DNA from: an uncultured Victivallales bacterium
Lineage (GTDB): Bacteria; Verrucomicrobiota; Lentisphaeria; Victivallales; UBA1829
Assembly: GCA_944391115.1 (NCBI GenBank)
Contig: CALXSJ010000012.1
Span: forward strand, 41,630 to 105,629
Direction of reading: 5' to 3'
DNA: 64,000 nucleotides
The position numbers were made by a program, and so were the translations under genes. Position 1 is the first letter of the stretch. The number at the start of each line of letters is the position of its first letter. This document shows, piece by piece, positions 1-9,109 of the stretch. A model generated the notes under the pieces. That model ran no database searches and was not told where the DNA came from. It saw only the letters and a program-made list of their open reading frames with translations.

Positions 1-238
1 ACTGGTCGCGCACCATGACGCAGACCGCGTCGACTGCCGGATCCGCGATCAGTTCCGGATAGGAGGAATACAGATGCGCGCCGGAATCCGGATGCTCCCT
101 CCGGTAGCGTTCCAGCATTTCCGGGTTGCGGTCGCAGACCGCGGCCATTTCCGCCCTGTCGCGCGGATAGTTGCATTCGATGAGGGACGCGCGGAGCGAA
201 AAATCCGCGCCGATCAGTCCGATCCCGGTTTTCTTCAT
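1..238 (-). CDS. Gfo/Idh/MocA-family oxidoreductase, N-terminal ~79 codons only (gene continues past window start)
   Basis: Own reverse-strand translation from ATG (complement of 236-238): MKKTGIGLIGADFSLRASLIECNYPRDRAEMAAVCDRNPEMLERYRREHPDSGAHLYSSYPELIADPAVDAVCVMV. This is a Rossmann-type N-terminus typical of the family. The start overlaps the stop of the upstream gene as ATGA. It is not in the ORF track because it has no stop in the window. Confidence 0.6.
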   Translation of the reverse strand, partial: MKKTGIGLIGADFSLRASLIECNYPRDRAEMAAVCDRNPEMLERYRREHPDSGAHLYSSYPELIADPAVDAVCVMVRDQ

Positions 239-1089
239 TTTTCCCTTCCCTGTTTTTTCATGAATTCCGTGCGGAGCGCAATTGCGTTGCCCCGGAAGAA
301 TTTTTCCTGCTCTTCCGGCAGTCCCCAGCGGTAGTAAAGTCCGCCGACGAATTCGAAATAAAGTTTCCAGAATTCCGCGAGGCGCAGCGCGCGTTCGTTG
401 GATTCCCCGATGCCGTAGAATTCATCCGTGGCGAAGTGTATTTTCTCATTGAAGAAACGGGCCGTGCCGTCGTGCGCGCGCCGGTCCAGAATCTCCCGCA
501 GCGCGTCCACGGAGCGCAGATAGCCGCTCACGTCGCAGCGGATGTTCCTGTAATAATAGAGGTTGTGCTGCATCTCCTCCAGAAACGGATACCCCTGATG
601 TCCCGCGATGATCCGCAGTTCCGGAAACGCCTCCGCAATGCCGGCGAGATGGATCGGACGCATGTTTTCCGGTCCGAACGCATGCGGCCGCGCCGGATCG
701 TAAGGCGTCCCGTGCGCGATCAGGCCGGTATGAAAGAGAATCGGCATTCCGAGCGTCTGCGCCCGTTCATACAGCGGATAATACGCTTCATGGTTGTAGG
801 GGTGGAGCTGTTTATATGGTTTCAGCCCGACAAAGCCCGAATCGCGGAGACGGTCGATCGTTTCCGGAGTGTCGTGGTCCAGATCCAGAAAGCCGAAGGC
901 GAGGAAGAATCCGTCGTAGCGCCGGACCGTCTCGAGAAGTTCCTCCCGCGTGGCGAAGAGGACGTCGCCCAGGCGCCCGATGCCGGAGAGGTCCATCAGC
1001 CAGATCTGCTCGAACACGCCGGATTCCACGATCCGGTCGATCCCTTTTGCCTTGTGCGTCAGATGCGCATGTGCGTCGATGAATTTCAT
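235..1089 (-). CDS. amidohydrolase-family (TIM-barrel metal-dependent) hydrolase
   Basis: 284 aa. N-terminal MKFIDAHAHL carries the HxH metal-binding motif. Later His/Asp-containing strands (ILFHTG, IIAGHQG, ATDEF) fit the amidohydrolase_2 pattern. Confidence 0.8.
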   Translation of the reverse strand: MKFIDAHAHLTHKAKGIDRIVESGVFEQIWLMDLSGIGRLGDVLFATREELLETVRRYDGFFLAFGFLDLDHDTPETIDRLRDSGFVGLKPYKQLHPYNHEAYYPLYERAQTLGMPILFHTGLIAHGTPYDPARPHAFGPENMRPIHLAGIAEAFPELRIIAGHQGYPFLEEMQHNLYYYRNIRCDVSGYLRSVDALREILDRRAHDGTARFFNEKIHFATDEFYGIGESNERALRLAEFWKLYFEFVGGLYYRWGLPEEQEKFFRGNAIALRTEFMKKQGREK

Positions 1090-1102
1090 CCGGCCGTCTC
1101 CG

Positions 1103-1954
1103 TCAGATGTTGAACTTCGGCGCGGTCGCGGTCTTGACGTCGGTGACGATCAGCAGATTTTTGTGATGACGAGCATGCGTGACGGGATAATCGTCGCCGG
1201 GTTCTCCGAGCGCGGCGATGCGCAGCACCGTGTTTGCCCAGAAGAACTCCTGCGACTCGTTGCGCGTCATCAGCAGCATTCTGCGCGCGGCGAGACACTG
1301 CCTCATGCCCATGGTGATCGCGCGGCGCGGGAAGTTCTCCAGATTGCCGCCGACGCCTTTGTGGCGCGTGGAGTCGATTGTGCGCGTGAATTCGTTGATC
1401 GTGAGAATGCGCGGATCCGAGTCCCTGACGCCGGGTTCCGGTTCGTTGAACGCCACATGCCCGTGGATGCCGATGCCGCCGTAGCAGACTTCGATTCCCC
1501 CGGCGTCCTCGATCATTTTCGGGAGATCGCGCAGATTTTCCGGCGACGGGAAAATGATCTGTTCCGCCGGCATGAGAAGCTCGGGACGGATGCGGTTGAA
1601 AAGCAGCGGTCCGATCTGACCGCGGAAGCTCAGCGGATGCGTCACGGGAATGAGCTGATCGTTGTCGTCGCAGTATTCGTCCATGAAGAAGAAGCGGACA
1701 TTTTTCAGATTGAGATTCCGGTAATTGATCTTTTCCGCCATGATCCGGTAGGGCTGCGTCGGACCGACCGGCATGATGAATGACACGATCTCATTCCCTT
1801 CGGCGGCCTTCTGAAATTCCCCGACCATCTCCTCCGCAAGAAATTCATAGACTTCGTCCAGCGTCTCCAGCACTTTAAGCTGTCCCGCGGCCTCCTCCAC
1901 GAGCTCCTCCACGGACAGGCTCAGAATTCTTCTCACTTCCTCGGATCGTTTCAT
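1103..1954 (-). CDS. glucosamine-6-phosphate deaminase-like protein (NagB / 6-phosphogluconolactonase superfamily)
   Basis: Motifs FFFMDEY and GIGIHGHVAFNEP. I chose the start at internal ATG (MKRSEEVRR, complement of 1952-1954). The ORF-track N-terminal 44 aa run into the divergent promoter region. Confidence 0.8.
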   Translation of the reverse strand: MKRSEEVRRILSLSVEELVEEAAGQLKVLETLDEVYEFLAEEMVGEFQKAAEGNEIVSFIMPVGPTQPYRIMAEKINYRNLNLKNVRFFFMDEYCDDNDQLIPVTHPLSFRGQIGPLLFNRIRPELLMPAEQIIFPSPENLRDLPKMIEDAGGIEVCYGGIGIHGHVAFNEPEPGVRDSDPRILTINEFTRTIDSTRHKGVGGNLENFPRRAITMGMRQCLAARRMLLMTRNESQEFFWANTVLRIAALGEPGDDYPVTHARHHKNLLIVTDVKTATAPKFNI

Positions 1955-2110
1955 GACTGCATCCTTTCCTGGCGCATGCGCGGATGACTTCGCTTTTCCG
2001 CACATCGTTTTTCTGTTTTTTGTAAATACGGATTTTGTTGCGTTTGCAATGATATTATATGCGTGTATTGTAAGAAACGGAATCATACTTTTGATGCATT
2101 TTTATCACAA

Positions 2111-2956
2111 ATGACGCAAAGGCTGGAAAATATGGGAAAAATCAGGATCATCAGCAGGCCGGAACCGAATACCGTGCCGGATTTTCCCGAGCCGATTCAT
2201 GTCCGCTCCGTGGGAAGCAACGAAAGCGAGTGCGGATGGAGCGAGTCGGTGCCGGGGCGGAAAAAGCAGTTCGTCCAGCTCTTCTGGACGTTGAAGGGAT
2301 GCGGGCGGATTGCGCTTCCGGACCGGGAAATCGTCACACGCGAGGGAGAGGTTTTCTACCATCTGCCCGGAGAGGATCACAGACACCGGACCGTCGGAAA
2401 GAAATGGCATTACCACTGGTTCACCTTCGACGGCCCCCGTGCCGCGGAATTCATGTCCTCCTACGGATATTCCCGCGACTCCCGCTATGCGGGCGAATGC
2501 CCGGTCAAGCTCTTTCTGGAGCTGGAACTGCTGCTGCGGGAACGCACCCCGTATGCCAGGCGGCATGCTGTCGCGGTCGCCGCGGAGATCCTTGCGCTGG
2601 CGGGCGGGGAATTCTCCGCCCGCGGCTCGGGAAATGTGGTCCGCCGCTTTATTGAGATCGCGCAGGAGTCGCAGCTGGACACCCGCCTGAGCGCCTCGCG
2701 TCTGGCAAAGGAACTCGGCGTGCACCGCACGACGCTCAACCGTCTTTTCCAGCAGGAGATGGGAATGACGCCGGGCAGTTATCTTCAGGAACTCCGGATT
2801 CAGCACGCACTGTCGCTTCTGCGGGAGACGGAACTGCCGATCAAGGCGGTCGCGGCCGAATGCGGAATGCCGTACGCCGGATATTTCTGCCGCCTGATCC
2901 GGCGGATTACCGGCTTCACTCCTGCCGCCTACCGGAAACAGGGCGGACTGGACTGA
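2111..2956 (+). CDS. AraC-family transcriptional regulator (cupin-like N-domain + C-terminal HTH)
   Basis: C-terminal AraC HTH signature (LAKELGVHRTTLNRLFQQEMGMTPGSYLQELRIQHALSLL...GYFCRLIRRITGFTPAAYRK). The ORF-track start at 2063 is a GTG. In-frame ATGs lie at 2111 and 2132, so the start is uncertain. Confidence 0.8.
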   Translation: MTQRLENMGKIRIISRPEPNTVPDFPEPIHVRSVGSNESECGWSESVPGRKKQFVQLFWTLKGCGRIALPDREIVTREGEVFYHLPGEDHRHRTVGKKWHYHWFTFDGPRAAEFMSSYGYSRDSRYAGECPVKLFLELELLLRERTPYARRHAVAVAAEILALAGGEFSARGSGNVVRRFIEIAQESQLDTRLSASRLAKELGVHRTTLNRLFQQEMGMTPGSYLQELRIQHALSLLRETELPIKAVAAECGMPYAGYFCRLIRRITGFTPAAYRKQGGLD

Positions 2957-3866
2957 GGGACGGTGGCCCTTTCGCGGATTCCTGCGGGAAATGGTTCTCC
3001 GGCAGGCTTTTCCGGACGGAGAGCGGCGCGCACCCCAGATGCTTGCGGAAGCATTTCCACATATGGCTGTAGTTGAAGAATCCGCAGCGTTCCGCAATTT
3101 CCTCGTGGGAAAGGCGCGTATTGTCCAGAAGCTCCATGGCGCGGTTCACCCGGAGACGCTGCAGAAAATGCAGGGGACTTTCCCCGTAGGCCGCCTGAAA
3201 CAGAAGCTGCAGTTTGCGGATGCTCATTCCCGCCTGCTTCGCCAGTTCGCCGATGGAAAAGGAGCCGTCGCCGAGGTTTTCCGTCATTGCGGCGACGACC
3301 CGGCTCAGATTCCAGGATTTCGGAGGCGTGTTTTTCTTTTTGCAGTGGTAGGAAAGCAGAATGGCCAGCGCGACGAAGTGTCCGCACACAAGAGTCTGGC
3401 AGCCGGGACGCCGCCGGGAGAGCTCCCGGCGCATGTTTTCCAGCAGAAAAACGGCGGTGGTCAGGTCGCGTGGACTCAGTTTTCCCAGAATCCCCTGAAA
3501 CGGGGCCCGGAGAAGATCCCTGCCGGGATAAAGCATATGCAGAAAAGGCGATTTGGAAAGGGTCAGCATCGGAAGCGGAAGCTTGAAATTGTAGATGATA
3601 TTGTAAAGGCGCATGTTTTCGGTGATTTCCGAGTAGGCGTGCTTCATTCCGGGATAAATCAGAAGAAAATCGCCTTTCCCCAGTCTGCCGCAGCTGTTCC
3701 CGCAGGAGTGCATGGCATGCCCGTCCGCAAGGAGGACAAGCTCGGCGAAATCGTGGGAGTGAGGCGGCGTGACGGGAGAATGCAGATTGCCGTTCCAGGT
3801 CATGAGCGTCACGGCCAGCGGATAACGTGTCTCGTCGATGAATTTGTTCAGGTTCAGTTCCAGCAT
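2916..3866 (-). CDS. AraC-family transcriptional regulator (cupin N-domain + HTH)
   Basis: 316 aa. Cupin-like HSHDFAELVLL...GDFLLIYPGMKHAY, then an AraC HTH (IGELAKQAGMSIRKLQLLFQAAYGESPLHFLQRLRVNRAMELL...SHMWKCFRKHLGCAP). It is divergent from the 4042 operon. Confidence 0.85.
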   Translation of the reverse strand: MLELNLNKFIDETRYPLAVTLMTWNGNLHSPVTPPHSHDFAELVLLADGHAMHSCGNSCGRLGKGDFLLIYPGMKHAYSEITENMRLYNIIYNFKLPLPMLTLSKSPFLHMLYPGRDLLRAPFQGILGKLSPRDLTTAVFLLENMRRELSRRRPGCQTLVCGHFVALAILLSYHCKKKNTPPKSWNLSRVVAAMTENLGDGSFSIGELAKQAGMSIRKLQLLFQAAYGESPLHFLQRLRVNRAMELLDNTRLSHEEIAERCGFFNYSHMWKCFRKHLGCAPLSVRKSLPENHFPQESAKGPPSLSPVRPVSGRRQE

Positions 3867-3964
3867 GGAGGGGTCCCTTCCGCCGGTTAATATACCGGCG
3901 TTCCGGGCAATGTCAAATACTGCGGAGCGCGGGATGGGGAAATGATGAAAAAATTCGTGTATGG

Positions 3965-4027
3965 ATATGCTTTTCGCATATGTTTGACTTGTATTTTTTT
4001 CCCTTCAGGATATAATGTATTCCTGAA
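3965..4027 (+). promoter_or_regulatory. candidate promoter/operator region of the isomerase-pseudopilin operon
   Basis: TATAAT at 4011-4016, with TTGTAT 16 nt upstream (3989-3994). Inverted repeat TTCAGGA-N10-TCCTGAA (4004-4027) brackets the -10. A second inverted repeat ATATGC-N5-GCATAT lies at 3965-3981. An SD-like AAGGA precedes the ATG at 4042. Confidence 0.4.
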
Positions 4028-4041
4028 AAAAATAAGGAAAA

Positions 4042-5034
4042 ATGGCGGAGCGCTGTAGCATGAAGGAAGATGCTGTTCGGAAATATTCCCTGTCCTACCC
4101 GGTTACGACTGTCAACTGGAACGGCGAAAAAGTGACGCGCATGCCGGACGAGACGTTTCTGCCCGTCTGCCGGATTCTGAAGGAGCTGGGCGTCGACAGG
4201 CTGATGATTACGGGATATGTCACGGTCGAGGAAGCGGATTTCGACATGATGGCGGAGACCGCGCGGCTCGGCGCGCTGCTGGATTCGATGGGAATGCGTC
4301 CCGCGCAGCATCACGGCCTTTCCGCGACTTATGCGCCGCCGGGAAACGATCAGTCCCCCGTTGTCGAGCGCCTGATCCGCGCCGTCCGCTATACGGCGAA
4401 CCTGAATTCCCCCGTCCTCGTGCTTCATCCCGGTCATTATCATGATCCGGAAAGCTGGGGACGGGTCCCGAATACGGAGATGTTCGAGCGCGAGTCCGCC
4501 GCGTGCGGCCGGGAGGAAGTGATAAAAACGATGGCGGAAAACCTGCACGCGGCCGGGGAGGAGGCGCGGAAGCTCGGCGTGAAAATCGCACTGGAGAATG
4601 TCGATCGTTTTGAAGCGGCCGGCAATGCCGCCATACTTCCCGAGCTGGTCCGGAGGACGGATTCGCCCGCCGTGGGATTCTGCCTGGATTCCGGTCATGC
4701 GCACTGCTGCGGGGAGATGTCCGTGACGGACTGGATCTCTCTCATGGGGGACAAGCTGTTTACAACCCATTTCCATGACAACCGCGGCCCGCGGGCGCAG
4801 GCGGCGACTCCGGCCAAGTGGATTTCCCCCTCCGGGATCGACGAACATCTGCCGCCGGGATTCGGCACGATTCCGTGGATTGATGTGATTCACTCGCTAT
4901 GGTCCGCCGGATTTGCCGGACCCATTAATTTCGAGGCGGGGGCATGGCCCGGCATGGAGACGAAAGAGGGATTCGGAGCGGCAATCCGTTTCTGGAGATG
5001 CTGTGAAACGCTGGCGGAGAAAAAACTTTCATGA
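4042..5034 (+). CDS. sugar phosphate isomerase/epimerase (xylose isomerase-like TIM barrel)
   Basis: 330 aa. VLVLHPGH, KIALENV and CLDSGHAH fit the metal-ligand pattern of the AP-endonuclease-2 / xylose-isomerase-like fold. No signal peptide. Confidence 0.8.
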   Translation: MAERCSMKEDAVRKYSLSYPVTTVNWNGEKVTRMPDETFLPVCRILKELGVDRLMITGYVTVEEADFDMMAETARLGALLDSMGMRPAQHHGLSATYAPPGNDQSPVVERLIRAVRYTANLNSPVLVLHPGHYHDPESWGRVPNTEMFERESAACGREEVIKTMAENLHAAGEEARKLGVKIALENVDRFEAAGNAAILPELVRRTDSPAVGFCLDSGHAHCCGEMSVTDWISLMGDKLFTTHFHDNRGPRAQAATPAKWISPSGIDEHLPPGFGTIPWIDVIHSLWSAGFAGPINFEAGAWPGMETKEGFGAAIRFWRCCETLAEKKLS

Positions 5035-5846
5035 AAAACACGGGGAAGGAATTGGAAATGCTCCGGAAAAACTGTTTGCATCCGTGCGGAGGAAAGTGCA
5101 GTTCCGCAAAATTTTTCACTTTGATCGAGCTCCTGGTCGTGATTGCGATCATCGCGATTCTGGCCGCAATGCTTTTCCCTGCTCTGAACAAGGCAAAACT
5201 GACTGCGCAGAGCATATCCTGCCTGAACAACACAAAAACGATCATGAACGGAATGACGCTGTATGGTGATACCTACGGGTATTATCCATACCGCTCCAGC
5301 TCCACCGCAACAAGCCCGTTCTGGCATCAGCATATTTACGAAATCATTTCCGGCCGGGACAAGTCGGGGCTTTCGCCTTCCGTGTATGCCGCCGCACCGT
5401 ATTACCGCTGTCCCGCCTACCGTTTTGCCGGTGATCCGAATCACATGACCCTTGCCTACGGGAAGAATGATTATCTGGGAGGGGCGGGGAACAATACCAC
5501 GAAACCTGCTTCCGTCCGCCAGCCTTCGCAGAAGATTGCAATCGGCGACAGTTACGATGCTGCACGTTACGGCCAGATCATTGCACCTGTCGGGGAGTTT
5601 CTGCTCGGCAACCGTCATGAGGGCAGGGCGAACGTGGCCTTTGTGGACGGGCATGCGGAGAAGCTTCTTTCCCAGATCTACGCACCGGTGAAGGTCGAAG
5701 GAAAAATGAATTACGAGACAGGAACGGAACTTGTTCATACCGAAGGTCTTTATACGACTCCGCCTACACTGCCGCTTTTTCTGCGGCAGATATGGGGTTG
5801 CCGGGGAACGGGCTACGATTACATGACGGGAGACGGGGAATTGTAA
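5031..5846 (+). CDS. prepilin-type N-terminal domain / H-X9-DG (DUF1559-like) pseudopilin-like protein
   Basis: [28 protein letters not shown] matches the type IV pilin/pseudopilin N-terminal helix with Glu at +5. C-terminal HEGRANVAFVDGH is H-X9-DG. The start overlaps the upstream stop as ATGA. Confidence 0.85.
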   Translation: MKNTGKELEMLRKNCLHPCGGKCSSAKFFTLIELLVVIAIIAILAAMLFPALNKAKLTAQSISCLNNTKTIMNGMTLYGDTYGYYPYRSSSTATSPFWHQHIYEIISGRDKSGLSPSVYAAAPYYRCPAYRFAGDPNHMTLAYGKNDYLGGAGNNTTKPASVRQPSQKIAIGDSYDAARYGQIIAPVGEFLLGNRHEGRANVAFVDGHAEKLLSQIYAPVKVEGKMNYETGTELVHTEGLYTTPPTLPLFLRQIWGCRGTGYDYMTGDGEL

Positions 5847-5965
5847 AAGATGGAGTCTGAAAAGGCTCCGCCCTCCGAACGGGGATCCGCCCCCTGCATC
5901 TGAAAAACAACTTTTCCTGCCGGAATGCCGTTTGCTTTTTTCCTCTTTTCAAGTAAATTGCAGAG

Positions 5966-6673
5966 ATGCGCGCATTGAATCATGCAAAGGATGAGCGAAT
6001 GATTGAAATACCCGGCTGTTCCTGTTTTCTTGTCGATATCGACGGCACTCTTACAGGCTATCGTCCCGGCGCGGTCGCCCGGGAAAAACTGCTGCACGGC
6101 AATTTTCTGCTTCCCGTGATCCGGGATATGATGATGGAGCGCGGCTGGGGGAAGCCCGCGGCGGAAGCGGCGATCCTGGACCTTCTGAACCGGACTGTTT
6201 TCTGGGATTATTCCGATTTTCTTGCGGAGTTCCGCCTTCCCGTGAAAGAGGGTTTCCGGCGCATGAAAGAATGGCACAGGGAGAATCTGTTCGCGTATGA
6301 AGACGGCGTATCTCTTGTGAAACGTCTTCACGCGCAGGGGCGGAACCTTTTCATCATGAGCAACAATCCCTATCTCGGCTGCCTGTTCAAACTGCAGGCG
6401 GCGGGACTGGCGGAGGACGATTTCTCCTCGCCGTATTTCCGCAGGATCTTCGGGACGAATCTTCTGCGCGGCTGCAAATCCGTTCCGCATGTCTGGCTCC
6501 GCGCCCTGGCGCAGATTCCCGCCGATCCGTCGGACGTATGCGTGATCGGGGACAATCCCTGTGAAGACGGAGAGATCCCCGCTTCGGCGGGAATTGCGGC
6601 TCATGTCATTCTGAATCGCGGGACGATCGTCCGCGGCGTGGAAAATACGGGACGCGCGGATTCTCCGGCATAA
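5966..6673 (+). CDS. HAD-superfamily hydrolase
   Basis: Motif I FLVDIDGTLT, motif II MSNNP, motif IV VIGDNPCEDG. Confidence 0.75.
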   Translation: MRALNHAKDERMIEIPGCSCFLVDIDGTLTGYRPGAVAREKLLHGNFLLPVIRDMMMERGWGKPAAEAAILDLLNRTVFWDYSDFLAEFRLPVKEGFRRMKEWHRENLFAYEDGVSLVKRLHAQGRNLFIMSNNPYLGCLFKLQAAGLAEDDFSSPYFRRIFGTNLLRGCKSVPHVWLRALAQIPADPSDVCVIGDNPCEDGEIPASAGIAAHVILNRGTIVRGVENTGRADSPA

Positions 6674-6685
6674 GAGCGGTCACAC

Positions 6686-6722
6686 TTTTTTTTCTAAAAA
6701 AAATAAAAAAAAATTTTTTTTT
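6686..6722. repeat. two consecutive A/T homopolymer palindromes (T8-CT-A8, then A9T9)
   Basis: The sequence reads ttttttttctaaaaaaaataaaaaaaaattttttttt. It sits between the HAD gene stop (6673) and the -35 of the r-protein promoter (6736). It is an extreme AT island in GC-rich DNA. It is probably an UP element, possibly also a terminator-like hairpin. Confidence 0.5.
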
Positions 6723-6735
6723 GGAAAAAGAGTGC

Positions 6736-6763
6736 TTGCAAAAAACAAAAACAATGTTATAGT
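6736..6763 (+). promoter_or_regulatory. sigma70-type promoter of rpmJ-rpsM-rpsK-rpoA-rplQ
   Basis: TTGCAA (6736-6741), 16 nt spacer, TATAGT (6758-6763). An A/T-tract UP-like region lies immediately upstream. The leader to rpmJ is about 130 nt. Confidence 0.55.
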
Positions 6764-6901
6764 TATGGCCTCGTACGTGTTTAGTCATGATTCGCGTCTT
6801 GACTTCATTCCAAAACCCGTGCGCGTGGCGTGCTCCCGGAAGGGGGCGAAACTGTTGTTTTTCATCGTAAGATTCAAAAACTTAAATTTGAGGCTGCACT
6901 T

Positions 6902-7018
6902 ATGAAAGTCAGGGCGTCCATCAAACGCAGGTGCGAATCCTGCCAGATCATCAAACGCAAAGGCACGGTCCGCGTCGTATGCTCGCGCAATCCGCGTCAC
7001 AAACAGAAACAAGGTTAA
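6902..7018 (+). CDS. rpmJ: 50S ribosomal protein L36
   Basis: [38 protein letters not shown] is a canonical L36 with its zinc ribbon. The start is the internal ATG at 6902 of ORF 6830-7018. Confidence 0.95.
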   Translation: MKVRASIKRRCESCQIIKRKGTVRVVCSRNPRHKQKQG

Positions 7019-7037
7019 ATCGGAGAACCCAAGAGAC

Positions 7038-7469
7038 ATGCCTAGAATCATCGGAGTTGACATCCCGGGGAACAAGCGCATCGAATACGCCCTCCGGTAC
7101 ATCTACGGAATCGGACCCGCCGTTGCTGCGGAACTGGTCAAACGCGCGAAAATCAAACCCGGCACCAAAGCCAATCAGATCACAGACGAGAATATCGCGA
7201 CCATTACGACGATGCTGCAGAACGAGTTCGTCGTCGAAGGCGATCTCAGACGTTCCCTCGCTCAGGACATCAGACGTCTTCAGGCGATCAACTGCTACCG
7301 CGGAATCCGTCACCGCAAGAATCTGCCCTGCCGCGGACAGCGCACCCGTACCAATGCCCGTACCAGAAAAGGCAAGAAAGTCACCGTCGGCGCCATCCGC
7401 GACAAAACGCAGAGAAAGATCGAGAAGAGCGGCAATCCCGCTCCTGCCGCTCCCGCCGGGAAGAAATGA
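7038..7469 (+). CDS. rpsM: 30S ribosomal protein S13
   Basis: MPRIIGVDIPGNKRIEYALRYIYGIG...CYRGIRHRKNLPCRGQRTRTNARTRKG. It carries a C-terminal extension of about 20 aa. Confidence 0.95.
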   Translation: MPRIIGVDIPGNKRIEYALRYIYGIGPAVAAELVKRAKIKPGTKANQITDENIATITTMLQNEFVVEGDLRRSLAQDIRRLQAINCYRGIRHRKNLPCRGQRTRTNARTRKGKKVTVGAIRDKTQRKIEKSGNPAPAAPAGKK

Positions 7470-7527
7470 GTGCGCGGCGTAATCTGTCATCAATCAACAC
7501 AATCAACCGAAAGGCTTTGTAAATACC

Positions 7528-7989
7528 ATGGCTGACGAGAAAAAGGAAACTGCTCCTGTTGTCGCCGCGAACACGGAAGCCGCCGCTGCCGACGCCTCCA
7601 AGGCGCCCGCGGCGGAAGGCAAGCGCAAGAAAGGCGGACGCTATGTTCCGTCCGGAATCGCTTTTATTCTTGCCACATTCAATAATACGAAAGTAACCTT
7701 CACCGACCTGCACGGCAATGTGCTCTGCTGGTCCACCTCAGGCAAAAACGGATTCAAAGGCTCGCGGAAGAGCACGGCTTACGCCGCTCAGGTCGTTGCC
7801 GCCGACGCCGCGAAAAAGGCCGAGGCCCTCGGTATGAAGGAAGTTGAAGTCCGGATCAACGGACCGGGCGCCGGAAGAGAGTCCGCCGTAAGAGGCATCG
7901 CCTCCGTCGGCATGGAAATCAATGCGATCAAGGACATCACCCCTGTCCCGCATAATGGATGCAGACCTCCGAAGAGACGCCGTGTCTGA
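7528..7989 (+). CDS. rpsK: 30S ribosomal protein S11
   Basis: [38 protein letters not shown]...[13 protein letters not shown]. It has an Ala/Glu/Lys-rich N-terminal extension of about 35 aa. Confidence 0.95.
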   Translation: MADEKKETAPVVAANTEAAAADASKAPAAEGKRKKGGRYVPSGIAFILATFNNTKVTFTDLHGNVLCWSTSGKNGFKGSRKSTAYAAQVVAADAAKKAEALGMKEVEVRINGPGAGRESAVRGIASVGMEINAIKDITPVPHNGCRPPKRRRV

Positions 7990-8078
7990 TGTGATGTGTT
8001 CCGGGCACGGCCCGCGGCCGCGCCCGGCATGATGAACCCCGGACTTTTAACCCGAAAATACTTGGAGGATTTTACAAG

Positions 8079-9104
8079 ATGGCTGCTGTATCCGGATTTC
8101 CGATGCCTCAATCCCTCGTGATGGAGGAACATACCGCGACAGACACGTATGCCAAGTTCATTGCGGCTCCTTTCCAGAGCGGTTTTGGACATACCATAGG
8201 CAATTCCCTGCGCAGGGTGCTGCTCTCTTCTCTGGAAGGCTCCGCAATCTCCGCCGTGAGAATTGACGGCGTCTCCCATGAGTTCACCACGCTTCCGAAT
8301 GTCGCCGAAGACATTACGGAAATCATTCTGAACCTGAAAAAGGTCAAACTCAACCTGCATACGGATCCCCCGAAGACTCTTGAAATCAAGAAGAGCGTGG
8401 CCGGTCCCGTGACGGCGGGTGACATCATCACGGACGGAACGGTTGAGGTCCTCAATCCCGATCAGGTGATCTGCACGCTGGACAAGGATGTGCCCTTCCG
8501 TGCGGAAATCGAGATTTCCAGAGGCCGCGGCTGGTGCCCCGCTGAAAAGAACAAACTGCCGACCCATCCTTACGGAACGATTCTTGTCGACTGTCTTTTC
8601 AGCCCGGTGACGCATGTCCGCTACCAGGTCGGTGCGGCGCGCGTCGGCGAGGAAACCGAAATGGACAGCCTGACGCTCGAGATCTATACCGACGGCAGAA
8701 TTTCTCCGAAGGACGCTCTGGAAAAGGCGGCGAAGATTCTCAAGGATCATCTCCGTCCCTTCCTCGGAAGCCAGATGACCGAGGACGACGCGCTTGCGGC
8801 GATCAGCGAGGAGGAGCAGAAACTCTTCCGCATCCTCTCCCAGGATGTTGAGGTGCTTGATCTCTCCGTCAGAGCGATGAACTGCCTGAACAACGCGAAC
8901 ATCAAGCTGCTCGGCGAACTCTGCATGAAGACGGAATCCCGGATGCTCAAGTTCCGCAACTTCGGGAAAAAGTCCCTTGACGAAATCAAGGAAAAGCTTT
9001 CCGAGAACAATCTGTCTCTCGGCATGTCTTTCAGCGAAGAACTCAGTAATGCAATTCAGGCCGAAGCCGACCGCGCAAAGGCCGTTAAGAAAGAGGAGGC
9101 GTAA
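8079..9104 (+). CDS. rpoA: DNA-directed RNA polymerase alpha subunit
   Basis: 341 aa. N-domain GFGHTIGNSLRRVLLSSLEGSAI. C-terminal domain LDLSVRAMNCLNNANIKLLGEL...FRNFGKKSLDEIKEKL. GGAGGA SD at 8064-8069. Confidence 0.95.
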   Translation: MAAVSGFPMPQSLVMEEHTATDTYAKFIAAPFQSGFGHTIGNSLRRVLLSSLEGSAISAVRIDGVSHEFTTLPNVAEDITEIILNLKKVKLNLHTDPPKTLEIKKSVAGPVTAGDIITDGTVEVLNPDQVICTLDKDVPFRAEIEISRGRGWCPAEKNKLPTHPYGTILVDCLFSPVTHVRYQVGAARVGEETEMDSLTLEIYTDGRISPKDALEKAAKILKDHLRPFLGSQMTEDDALAAISEEEQKLFRILSQDVEVLDLSVRAMNCLNNANIKLLGELCMKTESRMLKFRNFGKKSLDEIKEKLSENNLSLGMSFSEELSNAIQAEADRAKAVKKEEA

Positions 9105-9109
9105 TCGCC

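Noticed and set aside
2916-2956. 41-nt 3'-end overlap of the two convergent AraC genes
   Set aside because: The overlap covers only a non-conserved tail of about 30 aa in the minus-strand gene, beyond its HTH. It is probably incidental and not evidence of antisense regulation.
4913-5269. ORF beginning ...[17 protein letters not shown]; the twin is ORF 39052-39372 ([19 protein letters not shown])
   Set aside because: Both are out-of-frame readings of the conserved [15 protein letters not shown] coding DNA of the pseudopilin-like genes. The similarity between them is a by-product of that conserved nucleotide stretch.
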